Positions 1-14,974 of a stretch of 64,000 bases of DNA are shown piece by piece. Within the stretch, counting starts at the first letter, position 1. Each line of letters opens with the position of its first letter. Under the pieces are notes generated by a model. It was not told the DNA's origin and did not search any database. It saw nothing but the letters and a program-made list of their open reading frames with translations. Source of the DNA: an uncultured delta proteobacterium (GTDB lineage Bacteria > Desulfobacterota > Desulfomonilia > UBA1062); contig CAWCTR010000007.1 in NCBI GenBank assembly GCA_963798485.1, positions 128,001 through 192,000 of the forward strand, read 5' to 3'. The position numbers were made by a program, and so were the translations under genes.

Positions 1-1763
1 TCTTTCTGGATGGGCCTGATGTTCACGATGGGCACGCCCTTGAGCGCGCGGTCGCGCTCCGGGATCTCGTAGACCTTGGTGTGGTAGACCCGCCCCTTGT
101 TGGTGAAGTAGAGTATGGAGGTGTGGTTGGTGGCCACGAAGATGTGCTCGATGAAGTCGTCCTCGCCGGTCAACGCCCCTTTGACGCCCACACCGCCCCG
201 CTTCTGGGTGCGGTACTTGTCGAGTTCGGTGCGCTTCACATAGCCCTTGCGGGTGATGGTGACCACCATCTTCTCATCGGGGATGAGGTCTTCCATGTTG
301 AATTCGCCGATCTCGCCCTTCAGGATCAGGGTCCGCCTGGGGTCCGAGTAGTCGGCCTTGACCTCTTCCAGCTCTTTCCTGATGACATTGAGCAGCTCTT
401 TGCGGTCGGAAAGGATGAGCTCGAGCCGCCTGATCTCTTTGGTAAGTGCCGCGTGCTCATCGGCGAGCTTGTCGCGTTCCAGCCCGGTGAGCCTCTGGAG
501 GCGCATGTCCAAGATGGCCTGGGCCTGAATCTCGGAGAAGCCGAAGCGCTCCATCAGGTTTATCTTTGCCTCGGGCGGGTTGGCAGATGCCTTGATGAGG
601 GCCACAATCTCGTCGATGTGTTCTAAGGCCTTCAAGAGGCCGTCCAAGATGTGTATGCGGTCCTTTGCCTTGGCCAGTTCGAAGATGCACCTGCGGGTGA
701 CCACCTCCTCGCGGAAATCAAGGAAGGCCTGAAGCAGCTGCAAAAGACCCATGGTGGCGGGCCGGTTGTTGTGGATGGCGAGCAGGTTCATAGAGAACGA
801 GGTCTGGAGCGTGGTGAGCTTGTAGAGCTGGTTCTCGATGACGTCCAGCGGGGCACCCTTCTTCAGATCGATAACCACGCGCATGCCGTCCTTGTCAGAC
901 TCGTCGCGGATGTTGGCGATGCCGTCAATCTTCTTTTCCTGGGCCAAGAGGGCGATGCGCGTGACGAGATCGGCCTTGTTCACGGTAAAGGGGATCTCGG
1001 AGATGATGATCTTCTCCCGGTTCTGCTCTTCCTCCCTTTCCACCTTGCCGCGCACAACGATGATGCCCCTGCCGGTGCGGTAGGCCTTCTCGATCTCGCC
1101 TTCGGAAATGATGATGCCGCCGGTGGGGAAATCAGGGCCGGGGATGATCTTCATGACCTCTTGCAGGGTCAGATCGGGCCTGTCCACCAGGGCGATCAGT
1201 GCGGTCATCAGCTCGGTGGCATTGTGCGGCGGGATGCTGGTGGCCATACCCACCGCTATGCCACTAGACCCGTTCAGCAGCAGCCCCGGTATCCTCGTGG
1301 GCAGGACATCGGGTTCCTGCAGGGATTCGTCGTAGTTGGGGTGGAAATCTACGGTATTCTTTTCAAGGTCGGCGAGCATCTCCTCGGCGATGCGCGACAT
1401 CCTGATCTCGGTATACCTCATGGCAGCGGCCGGATCGCCGTCCACGCTCCCGAAGTTGCCCTGGCCGTCGACCAGGGGATAGCGCAGCGAGAACGGCTGG
1501 GCCATTCGGACGATGGCGTCATAGACCGCCTGGTCGCCATGGGGATGATATTTACCGATGACGTCACCCACGATGCGGGCGGACTTCTTGTAGGCCTTGG
1601 TGTGGGTGTTGCCCAGGTCCTGCATGGCAAACAGTATCCTTCTGTGGACGGGCTTGAGACCGTCACGCACATCAGGGATGGCGCGTCCGATGATGACGCT
1701 CATGGAATAGTCCAGGTACGAGCGCCTCATCTCCTGGTCTATGGCAACAGTGTTCGTACTCAT
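1..1763 (-). CDS. gyrA: DNA gyrase subunit A (3' end runs off the window)
   Basis: Manual translation from the ATG at 1763 gives [42 protein letters not shown]...YHPHGD...AAMRYTE. It is absent from the ORF track because there is no stop in the window. Confidence 0.97.
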   Translation of the reverse strand, partial: MSTNTVAIDQEMRRSYLDYSMSVIIGRAIPDVRDGLKPVHRRILFAMQDLGNTHTKAYKKSARIVGDVIGKYHPHGDQAVYDAIVRMAQPFSLRYPLVDGQGNFGSVDGDPAAAMRYTEIRMSRIAEEMLADLEKNTVDFHPNYDESLQEPDVLPTRIPGLLLNGSSGIAVGMATSIPPHNATELMTALIALVDRPDLTLQEVMKIIPGPDFPTGGIIISEGEIEKAYRTGRGIIVVRGKVEREEEQNREKIIISEIPFTVNKADLVTRIALLAQEKKIDGIANIRDESDKDGMRVVIDLKKGAPLDVIENQLYKLTTLQTSFSMNLLAIHNNRPATMGLLQLLQAFLDFREEVVTRRCIFELAKAKDRIHILDGLLKALEHIDEIVALIKASANPPEAKINLMERFGFSEIQAQAILDMRLQRLTGLERDKLADEHAALTKEIRRLELILSDRKELLNVIRKELEEVKADYSDPRRTLILKGEIGEFNMEDLIPDEKMVVTITRKGYVKRTELDKYRTQKRGGVGVKGALTGEDDFIEHIFVATNHTSILYFTNKGRVYHTKVYEIPERDRALKGVPIVNIRPIQK

Positions 1764-1790
1764 GCAAACTCCTCTTTCTTAGATGGAACC

Positions 1791-5311
<3,521 letters not shown>

Positions 5312-5486
5312 ATCTTTATTCTCCTCATGAGTAAGAATTATATATATTAATGATCATGTCAATATGTTGAGATGTCATCTAACCTACTAAATTCTATTAC
5401 TATATGTTTTCCAATCATACGTTCATAACTCTATGCCTCATGAGGACCAAACACAAACGATGTTCATATGTTCATAAAGAGTACCT

Positions 5487-6341
5487 TCATAGAGGAGAAA
5501 CAGACCGGGTAAGTTCATTCACAACCCTGTTCAGTTCATCGCGTGAAGAGACCTCGATAATGATCTTTCCCTTTTTCTTTGACCAGGAGCATATTACGTG
5601 AGCAGAAAAGTGAGTTGAGAGCATGGAAGAGAGAGAATCAAGAGTAGGGTCCGGTTTCTTTGCCACTTCTTTTTCATCGCGGTTCTTGGTTGCATAGCGT
5701 TCAGCTTCACGTACACTTATACCCTTGGTAATGATCTTATTAAATAAAGAGAGCCTGGCTTCTTCAGTATCAAGCATGAGGATGGCGCGTGCATGACCAG
5801 GGGTAATAGCCCCTTCACGCAGCGCAGACCTCATCTCTTCAGGAAGACCGAGGAGACGCAGCGCGTTGGTGACCGTGGAGCGATCCTTCATCACAGATTC
5901 GGCGATCTCCTGGTGGGTAAGGCCGAATTGCTCCTTCAGAGTGTAATACGCCTCGGTCTCTTCCATGGGGTTTAAATCTTCCCGCTGGAGGTTCTCAATT
6001 AAGGAAAGCCTAAAGGAATCATCGTCAGAGACGTCTTTCACAATAACCGGGACACGCTCGACACCGGCCATTTTACAGGCATGGAACCTTCTCTCGCCTG
6101 CAATGATCTCATACTTGGTGTTAAACTTCCGTACGAGGATTGGTGATATAAGACCATGGACCTTGATGGATTCTGAAAGCTCGGCAAGCTTATCCCTATC
6201 GATGGACTTCCTCGGCTGTATTGGATTGGGGCGGATCTCGTCCAGCGAAAGCTCAACAACCTGAGTAGTTACATCGTATGCTTCAACAGGGATGAGGGCA
6301 TCAATCCCTTTACCGAGACGAGGCTTTGCCTTCATCAGCAA
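5487..6341 (-). CDS. parB: Chromosome partitioning protein ParB/Spo0J
   Basis: LGKGIDALI, PNPIQPR, IIAGERRFHA, LIENLQREDL, HTH region. Confidence 0.96.
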   Translation of the reverse strand: MLMKAKPRLGKGIDALIPVEAYDVTTQVVELSLDEIRPNPIQPRKSIDRDKLAELSESIKVHGLISPILVRKFNTKYEIIAGERRFHACKMAGVERVPVIVKDVSDDDSFRLSLIENLQREDLNPMEETEAYYTLKEQFGLTHQEIAESVMKDRSTVTNALRLLGLPEEMRSALREGAITPGHARAILMLDTEEARLSLFNKIITKGISVREAERYATKNRDEKEVAKKPDPTLDSLSSMLSTHFSAHVICSWSKKKGKIIIEVSSRDELNRVVNELTRSVSPL

Positions 6342-7104
6342 CCTCCCTGCTCAAGATCTCTTTAGCAAGCATCAAATAGTGCTGGGCGCCCTTGGAAGAA
6401 ATATCATAGAGGCAGATAGGCAGCCCATAGCTCGGCGCCTCGCATAATCTCGTATTTCTTGGTATGACCGTATTGAAAACCTGGGTGTTGAAATGAGAAC
6501 GCATATTATTTGCCACCTCATGGCTGAGACGGGTGCGGGAATCAAACATGGTAAGGAGAAACCCTTCTATGGATAAGGACGGATTGAGTCTTTTTTTCAC
6601 AAGGGCAAACGTATTCAGAAGACTCCTGATCCCTTCAAGGGCATAGTATTCGCATTGTACCGGGATAAGGAGAGAATCCGATGCGGTCAGTGCATTCAAG
6701 GTGAGCAGGCCCAGAGAAGGGGGGCAGTCGATAAGGATGAAATCGAAAGCAGAACCCATTTTGATCAGAAGATTGGAGACTATCCTCTCTCGCATGGGGA
6801 TATCCATGAGTTCAACATCAGCGCCTACCAGGTCGGTATTGCTCGGCGCGAGACACAGATTGCCGACCTTGGTGGAAACAATAATACTGTCCAAAGACAG
6901 CTGATCAAGCATGACATGATAGATATGGGCCTCCAGTTTGGCAAGATCGACACCCAGACCCGTGGTGGCGTTCGCCTGGGGATCAAGGTCGATGATGAGG
7001 GTGCGTTTACCCAGCAAGGCAAGGGAAGAACCTAGGTTTATGGCCGTTGTTGTCTTGCCCACACCACCCTTTTGATTTGAGATGCTTATTATCTTATGAG
7101 GCAC
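6310..7104 (-). CDS. parA: Chromosome partitioning ATPase ParA/Soj
   Basis: NQKGGVGKTTT, IDLDPQANAT, IDCPPSLG, PVQCEYYALEG. Confidence 0.97.
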   Translation of the reverse strand: MPHKIISISNQKGGVGKTTTAINLGSSLALLGKRTLIIDLDPQANATTGLGVDLAKLEAHIYHVMLDQLSLDSIIVSTKVGNLCLAPSNTDLVGADVELMDIPMRERIVSNLLIKMGSAFDFILIDCPPSLGLLTLNALTASDSLLIPVQCEYYALEGIRSLLNTFALVKKRLNPSLSIEGFLLTMFDSRTRLSHEVANNMRSHFNTQVFNTVIPRNTRLCEAPSYGLPICLYDISSKGAQHYLMLAKEILSREVADEGKASSR

Positions 7105-7146
7105 AATGGTGGACTACCATAAAAGTTATGAAAGATGAATTGAAAA

Positions 7147-7162
7147 AGTTTCACGTGAAACA
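7147..7162. promoter_or_regulatory. parS centromere-like site
   Basis: AGTTTCACGTGAAACA is a 15/16 match to the universal parS palindrome TGTTTCACGTGAAACA and lies about 40 bp upstream of parA. Confidence 0.9.
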
Positions 7163-7238
7163 CACCACGGTCTTGGTTGACCGATGAATGGAAAAGCCAA
7201 CTGTTATAAGGAGAAACTTGTGGTGCATAAGATGCCCT

Positions 7239-7751
7239 TCACAGAGGAAAGAAACGGATGACAACAATGATCATGAGCAAAATAACCGTTATCCAGGCCA
7301 TGGTTATGTCGCTCTTGCGGGTTACCACATGCCCTCTGAGTTCCAGCAGACCCTTACCCACTGCATCTTCTTTCACCACGGATTTGAGAGAATCTATGAT
7401 GCCGACGAAATCATCGAAATTATTAGGTATAAAGGTGTTTTTCTTTGATGATATGGTGATGAACTGTCTTGTGCCCAGGATTACCCCGTCTACAAGCTTT
7501 ACTTCGTCAACAGGTATCCTGGTTGATCCAAACAGGCCCCTTATGATGATCTCGTTGTCTCTCACGACGAGTTTCTTTATAAGGTTATTCAAGGTAAAGA
7601 GATAGAAAAGGACCATGAGCATGCAGGCCATGACAAGTATCCTGGTTGCATATCCCATGCGGATGACATCAACGAAAACGGGAATGGACAAGATGACGGC
7701 AAGCACCATAGGTGCCTTGAGCGCTTTTTTTATCTTGTAAACCTGCTCCAT
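7239..7751 (-). CDS. Hypothetical membrane protein (possible bacterial PH-like domain)
   Basis: 170 aa with two N-terminal hydrophobic helices, a beta-rich middle and a C-terminal TM helix. Confidence 0.7.
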   Translation of the reverse strand: MEQVYKIKKALKAPMVLAVILSIPVFVDVIRMGYATRILVMACMLMVLFYLFTLNNLIKKLVVRDNEIIIRGLFGSTRIPVDEVKLVDGVILGTRQFITISSKKNTFIPNNFDDFVGIIDSLKSVVKEDAVGKGLLELRGHVVTRKSDITMAWITVILLMIIVVIRFFPL

Positions 7752-7794
7752 GTCTTTTATGTTGCATAAAACTATTCATTTTACAAGTGGAGCC

Positions 7795-8547
7795 ATGCTG
7801 GATTTTGCCATCCGTCTTGCAACAAATGCAGGGAAATTCCTGAACGATCATCTCTACGATGATATAACTATTGAGCACAAAGGGCGCATCGACCTTGTGA
7901 CCAACATGGATTGCCGGATACAGGAAAGGATTGTGGAGGAGATCGAGAGGGCATGGCCCGGCCACAGCATCTTAGCCGAAGAGGATTGCGCGAAAAAGGG
8001 CGATACAGAGTATACGTGGATCATCGACCCTATCGACGGGACAACCAATTTCATCCACCACATCCCCTTTTTTTGCGTCTCCATTGCGGTGGCGAAATCG
8101 GGTCGGCCGTTCATCGGTGTATGCTACAACCCCATCTCCGGAGATCTTTTCCATGCCCAGGCGGGCCAGGGGGCGCATCAAAACGGCAGAAGGATCTTTG
8201 TCTCCGCTACCGAGAAGCTTTTAGATTCCCTCGTCGCGACCGGCTTTCCATATACGCAACAAAACCTTGATGCCATCATTGCAAGGTTGTCATGCGTCTT
8301 AAGCCGTGCCCAGGGGATCAGGAGGCTAGGATCAGCCGAACTGGACCTGTGCTATGTCGCAGCAGGCGCCTTCGATGCCTTCTGGGAGGAAGGATTGAAG
8401 CCGTGGGACATGGCGGCCGGTGTTGCCATCCTTAAGGAGGCAGGCGGGATGGTAACCTCCCTTGACGGCAGCCCCTTTGACCTGTACAGGGGTGATGTCC
8501 TGGCAAGTAACGCGAAAGTACATCATGAACTCTTAAGGTGCATGTAG
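7795..8547 (+). CDS. suhB: Inositol monophosphatase family protein (SuhB-like)
   Basis: DLVT, ILAEE, WIIDPIDGTTNF, RRLGSA, LKPWDMAAG. Start taken at MLDFAIR. Confidence 0.9.
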   Translation: MLDFAIRLATNAGKFLNDHLYDDITIEHKGRIDLVTNMDCRIQERIVEEIERAWPGHSILAEEDCAKKGDTEYTWIIDPIDGTTNFIHHIPFFCVSIAVAKSGRPFIGVCYNPISGDLFHAQAGQGAHQNGRRIFVSATEKLLDSLVATGFPYTQQNLDAIIARLSCVLSRAQGIRRLGSAELDLCYVAAGAFDAFWEEGLKPWDMAAGVAILKEAGGMVTSLDGSPFDLYRGDVLASNAKVHHELLRCM

Positions 8548-8548
8548 C

Positions 8549-9337
8549 ATGAATATCGTCGATTCGCACAACCATATCCATTTCAGGGCCTTTGGCCATG
8601 ATAGGGAAGAAGCCCTGGACAGGGCCTTTGATGGGGGCGTCACCTCGATGCTCGTCGTAGGAATAGACCCTAACGATTGTGAAAAGGCCCTTAGTGTTGC
8701 CCGGGCGCATAAAGGGGTCTTTGCCTCCATAGGCATACACCCCCAGAACGCTGATAAATATAGCGTAAAAGAGGTACAAAACCTTGCTGGGCTATGCAGC
8801 GATCCTTGCGTGGTGGCGATAGGAGAAACCGGCTTTGATCTGTTCCGGACGCCGGAAAGCGAGCCCAGACAGAAGGATCTCTTTGCGGCCCACATCGAAC
8901 TGGCAAGACAGCTTCGTCTTCCGCTCGTGATCCATGACCGACAGGCCCATGATCAGACCCTCCAGGTTATGAACGAGGCAAAGGCATGGCCCATAGGCGG
9001 CGTGTTTCATTGCTTCTCAGGGGATGCTCAGTTTGCCCGGATAATAACCGCCAACGGTTTTCTCATCTCCATTCCCGGGGTGGTCAGCTTCAAGAACGCC
9101 CACATATTAAAGGATGTAGTGGACAGGACACCGCTGGAGTTCTTGCTGGTGGAAACAGATGCACCTTATCTGACGCCGGAGCCGTTTCGAGGTAAGCGGA
9201 ACGAACCGCTCTACGTCGTCAAGGTTGTCGACGAGATTGCACGGATCAAAAAGACAAGCGCCGAAGAAATAGCCCGGGTCACCTCGGAAAACTTCACACG
9301 GCTTTTTCTCGGACGATTGCCCAATAACTCAAAGTAA
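8549..9337 (+). CDS. tatD: TatD family hydrolase
   Basis: DSHNH, GIHP, AIGETGFD, IHDR, HCFSG, ETDAPYL. Confidence 0.93.
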   Translation: MNIVDSHNHIHFRAFGHDREEALDRAFDGGVTSMLVVGIDPNDCEKALSVARAHKGVFASIGIHPQNADKYSVKEVQNLAGLCSDPCVVAIGETGFDLFRTPESEPRQKDLFAAHIELARQLRLPLVIHDRQAHDQTLQVMNEAKAWPIGGVFHCFSGDAQFARIITANGFLISIPGVVSFKNAHILKDVVDRTPLEFLLVETDAPYLTPEPFRGKRNEPLYVVKVVDEIARIKKTSAEEIARVTSENFTRLFLGRLPNNSK

Positions 9338-9369
9338 GGCTTTGAGTGTTAAGGGAAGGGAGGATACCG

Positions 9370-9768
9370 ATGATAAAGAGGCTTGAAGTTCAGACTAGTT
9401 CGCGTACCCAGCTCATTGACATCACCTCCCAGGTCAAGGTGTTTCTGAGAAGCGTTGCAATTTCTTCGGGCGTCATTGTTGTCTATGTGCCTCACACTAC
9501 CTGCGGCATCACTATCAATGAAAATGCCGACCCTTCGGTTAAGGAAGACATTACCGCGTTTCTCAGCAGGATTATTCCCTTAGACGGGTCGTACAGCCAT
9601 GCCGAGGGCAACTCGGACGCACACATCAAGGCAAGCATTACAGGATCGAGTGTTATGGTGATTGTTGAGAGCGGAGCTTTGATCCTGGGGACTTGGCAAG
9701 GGATATTTCTCGCCGAGTATGACGGACCAAGAAAGCGGTCAATTCTGATTAAGGCCATTCCCGGATGA
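9370..9768 (+). CDS. yjbQ: YjbQ/UPF0047 family protein
   Basis: PHTTCGITINENADP, NSDAHIK, LGTWQGI. Confidence 0.9.
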   Translation: MIKRLEVQTSSRTQLIDITSQVKVFLRSVAISSGVIVVYVPHTTCGITINENADPSVKEDITAFLSRIIPLDGSYSHAEGNSDAHIKASITGSSVMVIVESGALILGTWQGIFLAEYDGPRKRSILIKAIPG

Positions 9769-9918
9769 ACTAAAGACTCCTGATTCCTCGTTCGCGCCTA
9801 AAGCGTGATTCTGTGCTGGTATTTCTTTTAGAGCCGGGGCTGTCCGGGGCCTATACGTGCGCCTATCCAAAGACTTCCTTGACAAGCAATATGCTCGTAT
9901 TCTATTAGAGAGGGCAAT

Positions 9919-9991
9919 GCGGGCATAGCTCAGTTGGTAGAGTGTCAGCTTCCCAAGCTGAATGTCGCGGGTTCGAATCCCGTTGCCCGCT
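9919..9991 (+). tRNA. tRNA-Gly(CCC), CCA not encoded
   Basis: GCGGGCA...TGCCCGC acceptor stem, TAGCTCAGTTGGTAGAG D arm, TCAGC-TTCCCAA-GCTGA anticodon arm, GGTTCGAATCC T arm. Confidence 0.96.
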
Positions 9992-10038
9992 CTGAAGCGA
10001 TTTTTTTAAAGTGCTTGAAGAGAACTGCGGAGGCGAGG

Positions 10039-10063
10039 AAGTGGGCAAGTGCCCACTTTTTTA
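10039..10063 (+). terminator. Hairpin with U-tract upstream of rimP (rimP-leader-like attenuator)
   Basis: AAGTGGGC-AAGT-GCCCACTT followed by a T run, directly upstream of rimP, where such a GTGGG/CCCAC hairpin is commonly conserved. Confidence 0.7.
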
Positions 10064-10075
10064 TTTCGTATGCGT

Positions 10076-10504
10076 ATGATGGACAGAGGACTGAGGGATA
10101 AGATTTTTACCATGGCAAATACGGAGCTCTCGATGATGGGCTTTGAACTCATCGATTTAGAATTTGTAGGGAAGAGCTTGCGTCTCACCATCGACAAGCC
10201 GGGCGGAGTGACGCTCGGCGACTGTGTCTCTGTCACCAGGAGGGTGAGCCTGCTCCTCGATGCCGAAGATCCCATCGAGAGCAACTACCGGCTGGAGGTA
10301 TCCTCACCCGGGCTGAACAGGAAGCTGAAGACTGCACGGGAATTCGAGCATTTTTCCGGGCGAAGGGCGAAAGTGCAGACCGGCGAAGGGATATTTCGGG
10401 GCACCATAACGGCCCTTAAGGGGGAAAATGTGATATTTGAAGTGGAAGGATCGGAGGTTTCCGTGGGGCTAAGCGATATAATCAAGGCCAATCTTGATTT
10501 CTAG
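10076..10504 (+). CDS. rimP: Ribosome maturation factor RimP
   Basis: LRLTIDKPGGVTLGDC, YRLEVSSPGLNR; lies upstream of nusA. Exact start uncertain. Confidence 0.93.
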   Translation: MMDRGLRDKIFTMANTELSMMGFELIDLEFVGKSLRLTIDKPGGVTLGDCVSVTRRVSLLLDAEDPIESNYRLEVSSPGLNRKLKTAREFEHFSGRRAKVQTGEGIFRGTITALKGENVIFEVEGSEVSVGLSDIIKANLDF

Positions 10505-10513
10505 GGAGATGGT

Positions 10514-11746
10514 ATGGTTCTGAATCTTTCAAAGGTAATCGAGCTCATCGTTAAGGAGAAGGGCCTACGGCAGGAGGACCTGGTGCTGGTTGTCGAAGCG
10601 GCTGTCCAGAGCGCTGCAAAAAAAGTATATGGAGATTATGACAATATCGAGGCCCATTACAATACCAAGCTGGACGAGGTTGAGGTTTTCCAATTCAAGG
10701 TAGTCACCGAAGAGGTGGAAGACCCGAACATCCAGATATCCATGAAACAGGCGCGGAAACTCGATCCAAGCTGCCAGATGGGTGACGAACTGGGCGAAAA
10801 GCTCGATGCCTCCAAGCTTGGCCGAATTGCAGCCCAGAGCGCCAAACAGGTGATAGTCCAGAAGGTAAAAGAGGTCGAACGCGATGCCATCTATAATGAT
10901 TTCATCGATATCAAAGGAGAGATAGTCTCAGGGTTCATCCACCGGTTCGACCGCAAGGATGTGATCGTGAATCTCGGCAAGTCTGAGGCCATTCTTCGGG
11001 AGAAGGAGCAGATCCCGGGAGAGATCCTCAGGCGGGGAGACCGCATGCAGGCCCTTGTCCTGGACGTGACCAAGTCACTGAAAATGCCCCAGGTGGAACT
11101 GAGCAGGACCCATCCGAGGTTCCTGGTCAAGCTCTATGAGATGGAGGTCCCCGAGGTGGCTGAAGGGATTGTGGAGATCGTGGCTGTTGCCAGGGAACCC
11201 GGCATAAGGGCAAAGATTGCGGTCCGCTCCCATGACACCAAGGTTGATCCTGTTGGGACCTGTGTAGGTGTCAAGGGTGCCAGGGTCCAGAATGTGATCC
11301 AGGAACTCAAGGGAGAGAGGCAGGATATCGTGGTCTGGTCTGAAGATCCTGTCCGCTTTGTGTGCAATGCCTTATCTCCGGCGAGGGTATCAAAGGTTAT
11401 TGTGGACAAGTCCAACCGCAGCATGGATGTGATTGTGTCCGATGACCAGCTGAGCCTCGCCATCGGGAGAAAGGGCCAGAATGTACGGCTCGTTGCAAAG
11501 CTTACGGGGTGGAAGATAGACGTGGGGGCGGAGGGCACGGAGGAAGTGGTATCCTCTGAAGACAAGAGGTCTTTGGAGGGCATAGCGGATATCGATCCAT
11601 CCCTGGTGGAGGTCTTGATGGAGGCAGGGTATAAGACGATGGACGACCTTGCCAAGGCAAAGGAAGAAGACCTTCTCGAATTCGAAGGGATCGATGAAAC
11701 GATAGCCAAGAAGATTATCTTAAGGGCAACGGTAGGAGGGCAGTGA
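10514..11746 (+). CDS. nusA: Transcription factor NusA
   Basis: GRIAAQSAKQVI, AREPGIRAKIAV, DPVGTCVG, SLAIGRKGQNVRL. Confidence 0.97.
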   Translation: MVLNLSKVIELIVKEKGLRQEDLVLVVEAAVQSAAKKVYGDYDNIEAHYNTKLDEVEVFQFKVVTEEVEDPNIQISMKQARKLDPSCQMGDELGEKLDASKLGRIAAQSAKQVIVQKVKEVERDAIYNDFIDIKGEIVSGFIHRFDRKDVIVNLGKSEAILREKEQIPGEILRRGDRMQALVLDVTKSLKMPQVELSRTHPRFLVKLYEMEVPEVAEGIVEIVAVAREPGIRAKIAVRSHDTKVDPVGTCVGVKGARVQNVIQELKGERQDIVVWSEDPVRFVCNALSPARVSKVIVDKSNRSMDVIVSDDQLSLAIGRKGQNVRLVAKLTGWKIDVGAEGTEEVVSSEDKRSLEGIADIDPSLVEVLMEAGYKTMDDLAKAKEEDLLEFEGIDETIAKKIILRATVGGQ

Positions 11747-12090
11747 GACGTAAAGACGGTCCATACAGGCAGTGCGTAAGCTGCAGAGGGATATTTCACA
11801 AGGGGGAGCTCTTGCGTTTCGTGCTACACAAAGAAGAATCGGACTTGTTCGATGAACGACAGTGCCGACAGGGCAGGGGTTACTATCTATGCCCGGAGCA
11901 AAGCTGTTTTTTGAACGCATGGAAGAACAGGAGGTCCAAGGCAGTCTTTCGGGATAAATCAACCATGGAGCGTTTGCTTGGTTCGGTTTGTGATACCCTT
12001 TTAAAATCTGCAGGAAGCGGCAATGGCCTTCCCATATTGAGAAATCTTCGGTTTTATGAGAGGTTGTCTTCCAAGGGGCGAGCGTTATGA
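11743..12090 (+). CDS. ylxR: YlxR/DUF448 family protein
   Basis: PYRQCVSCR...ELLRF...GRGYYLC; lies between nusA and infB. Confidence 0.85.
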   Translation: MRRKDGPYRQCVSCRGIFHKGELLRFVLHKEESDLFDERQCRQGRGYYLCPEQSCFLNAWKNRRSKAVFRDKSTMERLLGSVCDTLLKSAGSGNGLPILRNLRFYERLSSKGRAL

Positions 12091-14696
12091 AAAAGATGAG
12101 GATTTTCGAACTGGCAAAAGACCTTTCTTTAGAGGCGAAGGATCTGCTTCGCGTTGCCAAGGACTTGGCCATTTCGGTGGAAAACACCATGAGTATCCTC
12201 GATGTCCATGATATCGAAAGGATCAGGAAACGGATCGAGAAAGACACCCAGAAACCAGAAGAGCTAGACCTCCAGGATGTCTATGAAGAACAGCGGGTAA
12301 GCACCACAATTATCCGCCGCAGGGCCAAGCCTGCACCCGAGGCCCCGGCACTAGAAGAGGCCCCGGCGAAAATTGAGATCCGCTCCGCAGAGTCGGCTGA
12401 ACCCGATAAGGTCGAAAAGAAGCCGCCCAAAAAGAAAGAGACGCCTATTGAATCCGCCAAAGAGGCCCCCTCGCCAAAGGGCGAAGGAAAGACCAAAGAG
12501 ACACCTGCCGCCCCTGTTCTTGAAGAGGCGCGTCTTGAATCGGCAAAAGGACCTGCCGCCCCTCTGGCCGGCATTGCCAAGAAAGAGACGGCACAGGCCC
12601 CTGCTGATATCACCCCCGTCCCCGGGGTGATCGTCAAGCCCCAAGAAATTGAAAAGGAAGAAGAGAAAGAGGCAAAGAAAAAAGATAATAAGAAGAAGGG
12701 TAAAAAACCTCCCAAGGCCACAGAGGTCCAGGCAGAAGAGGAAGAGGCGGGCGTTGATAAAACCGGGGCCCGTGTTGCCATATTGAAACCGAAGGTCGAG
12801 CCGGCCCCGGAGACGGAGGTCTACACACAGACCGACCTGTACGGAGCGGGGAGGACTTCCCAGGGCAAGAAATTCAAGAAGAAAAAGGACAGGAGAGGGG
12901 TTGCCCAACTCCAGCCTTTCAAGAAGAAGAAGCTCAAGATCGGGGCCACTATAACCGTGGCAAACATTGCTAAGGAAATGGGGGTAAAGGCGTCCGAGGT
13001 CATCAAGGTCCTCATGGGGTTGGGGATCATGGCCACCCAGAACCAATATATATCCACTGAGGAGGCCACATATGTAGCAACAGAGCTCGGCTTCGAGACA
13101 GAAGAGACCCGCGACGAGATCCATGAGGAGTACTTCACCAATACTGCCCAAGCGAGCGGAAATCTCGTTCCACGGCCCCCTGTGGTGACGGTCATGGGGC
13201 ATGTAGACCACGGAAAGACATCCCTGCTTGACGCCATCAGGTCAGAAAACGTTATCGACAGCGAATTCGGAGGTATTACCCAGCATATCGGGGCATACCA
13301 GGCAAAGTGCAAGGACAAGGTCATCACCTTTATCGACACGCCGGGCCATGAGGCCTTTACCTCCATGAGATCTCGAGGTGCCCAGGTCACGGACTTCGTG
13401 GTCCTGGTTGTCGCTGCGGACGACGGTGTTATGGACCAGACCAGGGAGGCCATAAACCACGCCCGGGCAGCCAAGATCCCCATCATTGTGGCGGTAAACA
13501 AGATTGATAAACCCAATGCCAACCCCGCGAGGGTTCGGGAGCAGCTCTCCGAGCTCGGGCTCGTTCCCGAAGACTGGGGCGGAGACACCATCTATGTTGA
13601 CGTGTCGGCAAAGAAGCACATCGGCATAGATGATCTCCTTGAGATGATCCTGCTTCAGGCAGAAGTAATGGATATTAATGTCCAAATAGACGGACCGGCC
13701 AAAGGTGTTGTGCTGGAGTCCAAGCTGGACAAGAATAAAGGGCCCATGTGCACCATGCTCATCCAGCAGGGTGAGTTAAAGAGGGGCGATATCTTCATTG
13801 TCGGGTCCAAATGGGGCAAGGCAAGGGCCATGTTTGACTTCAGGGGCGTGCCCATCGAGAGCGCAAGCCCCGCCACACCGGTGGAGATCACAGGGCTTGC
13901 CGAGCCGCCATCCGCCGGCGATACCATGTTTGTAGTTCCGAATGAGAAGAAGGCCAAGGAGATCATCGAGTACCTAAAGGACAAGGTGAACATATCCCGT
14001 CTCCAGGCCCCTGAGCAGAAGGCTTTAGTAACGCTAGAAGATCTATATAACCAGGTAAAGGAAGGCAAGCTCAAAGAGCTCAACCTTATCATCAAGGGCG
14101 ATGTGCACGGAACCGTAGAGGCCATTGTCAATGCGGTCAAGGGTATAGATACCGGCGAAGACATGATGAGGATCAACGTGATCCATTCGGCCGTGGGCGG
14201 TATTACGGAAAACGATGTGCTCCTCGCCTCAACAGCTTTTGCCATTATTGTCGGATTCAATGTAAGGCCGGAGCCCAAGGTGAGGGACCTGGCCAAGAAG
14301 AGCAATATCGAGATCAAGCTGTACACCATAATCTATGATCTCCTCGAGGACATCAAACAGGCCCTGCGCGGCATGCTCGAGCCGGTCTACAAGGAGGTCA
14401 TACAGGGCCGGGCCGAGGTGAGAGACGTGTTCAAGGTCCCCAAGGTGGGAGTCATCGCAGGATGTATGGTCATCGAGGGTGCCATGGTCCGGGGGGCGCA
14501 GGCACGGCTGTTGCGTGACAATGTGGTCATCCATGAGGGCCGGGTAGAATCCCTGAGAAGGTTCAAAGACGATGCAAAGGAAGTGGCCTCGGGCTTTGAG
14601 TGCGGCATGAGTTTCGGGAACTACAACGATATCAAGGCCGGAGACGTCATCGAGTCATTCACCAAGGAGAGAGTGGAGAGCCAGACCACGTGGTGA
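12087..14696 (+). CDS. infB: Translation initiation factor IF-2
   Basis: [50 protein letters not shown]. Confidence 0.98.
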   Translation: MKKMRIFELAKDLSLEAKDLLRVAKDLAISVENTMSILDVHDIERIRKRIEKDTQKPEELDLQDVYEEQRVSTTIIRRRAKPAPEAPALEEAPAKIEIRSAESAEPDKVEKKPPKKKETPIESAKEAPSPKGEGKTKETPAAPVLEEARLESAKGPAAPLAGIAKKETAQAPADITPVPGVIVKPQEIEKEEEKEAKKKDNKKKGKKPPKATEVQAEEEEAGVDKTGARVAILKPKVEPAPETEVYTQTDLYGAGRTSQGKKFKKKKDRRGVAQLQPFKKKKLKIGATITVANIAKEMGVKASEVIKVLMGLGIMATQNQYISTEEATYVATELGFETEETRDEIHEEYFTNTAQASGNLVPRPPVVTVMGHVDHGKTSLLDAIRSENVIDSEFGGITQHIGAYQAKCKDKVITFIDTPGHEAFTSMRSRGAQVTDFVVLVVAADDGVMDQTREAINHARAAKIPIIVAVNKIDKPNANPARVREQLSELGLVPEDWGGDTIYVDVSAKKHIGIDDLLEMILLQAEVMDINVQIDGPAKGVVLESKLDKNKGPMCTMLIQQGELKRGDIFIVGSKWGKARAMFDFRGVPIESASPATPVEITGLAEPPSAGDTMFVVPNEKKAKEIIEYLKDKVNISRLQAPEQKALVTLEDLYNQVKEGKLKELNLIIKGDVHGTVEAIVNAVKGIDTGEDMMRINVIHSAVGGITENDVLLASTAFAIIVGFNVRPEPKVRDLAKKSNIEIKLYTIIYDLLEDIKQALRGMLEPVYKEVIQGRAEVRDVFKVPKVGVIAGCMVIEGAMVRGAQARLLRDNVVIHEGRVESLRRFKDDAKEVASGFECGMSFGNYNDIKAGDVIESFTKERVESQTTW

Positions 14697-14974
14697 TAGG
14701 CGCCTGCGAGCTGAGGCTTATGATTATCGGGGCTCACTCTTTAAAAGAGAAGCGAAAGGTCTTGAAATCTATCAAAGATCGTCTGTCAAGGATGAACGTG
14801 TCCGTAGCCGAGGTTGATGATAACGACAAGTGGCAGGCCTCTACCCTCGGGATAAGCGTTGTAAGCAATGAGGCGGCATTTATCAATTCCGTGATCGATA
14901 AGATTATTACAGGCATTGAAGCAGGTGGCGAGGTGGAACTTCTCGCCAGCAGGATCGAGATCATACACATATGA
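14690..14974 (+). CDS. DUF503 (YlxP) family protein
   Basis: GTG start overlapping the end of infB; HSLKEKRKVLKS, NVSVAEV. Confidence 0.85.
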   Translation: MVIGACELRLMIIGAHSLKEKRKVLKSIKDRLSRMNVSVAEVDDNDKWQASTLGISVVSNEAAFINSVIDKIITGIEAGGEVELLASRIEIIHI

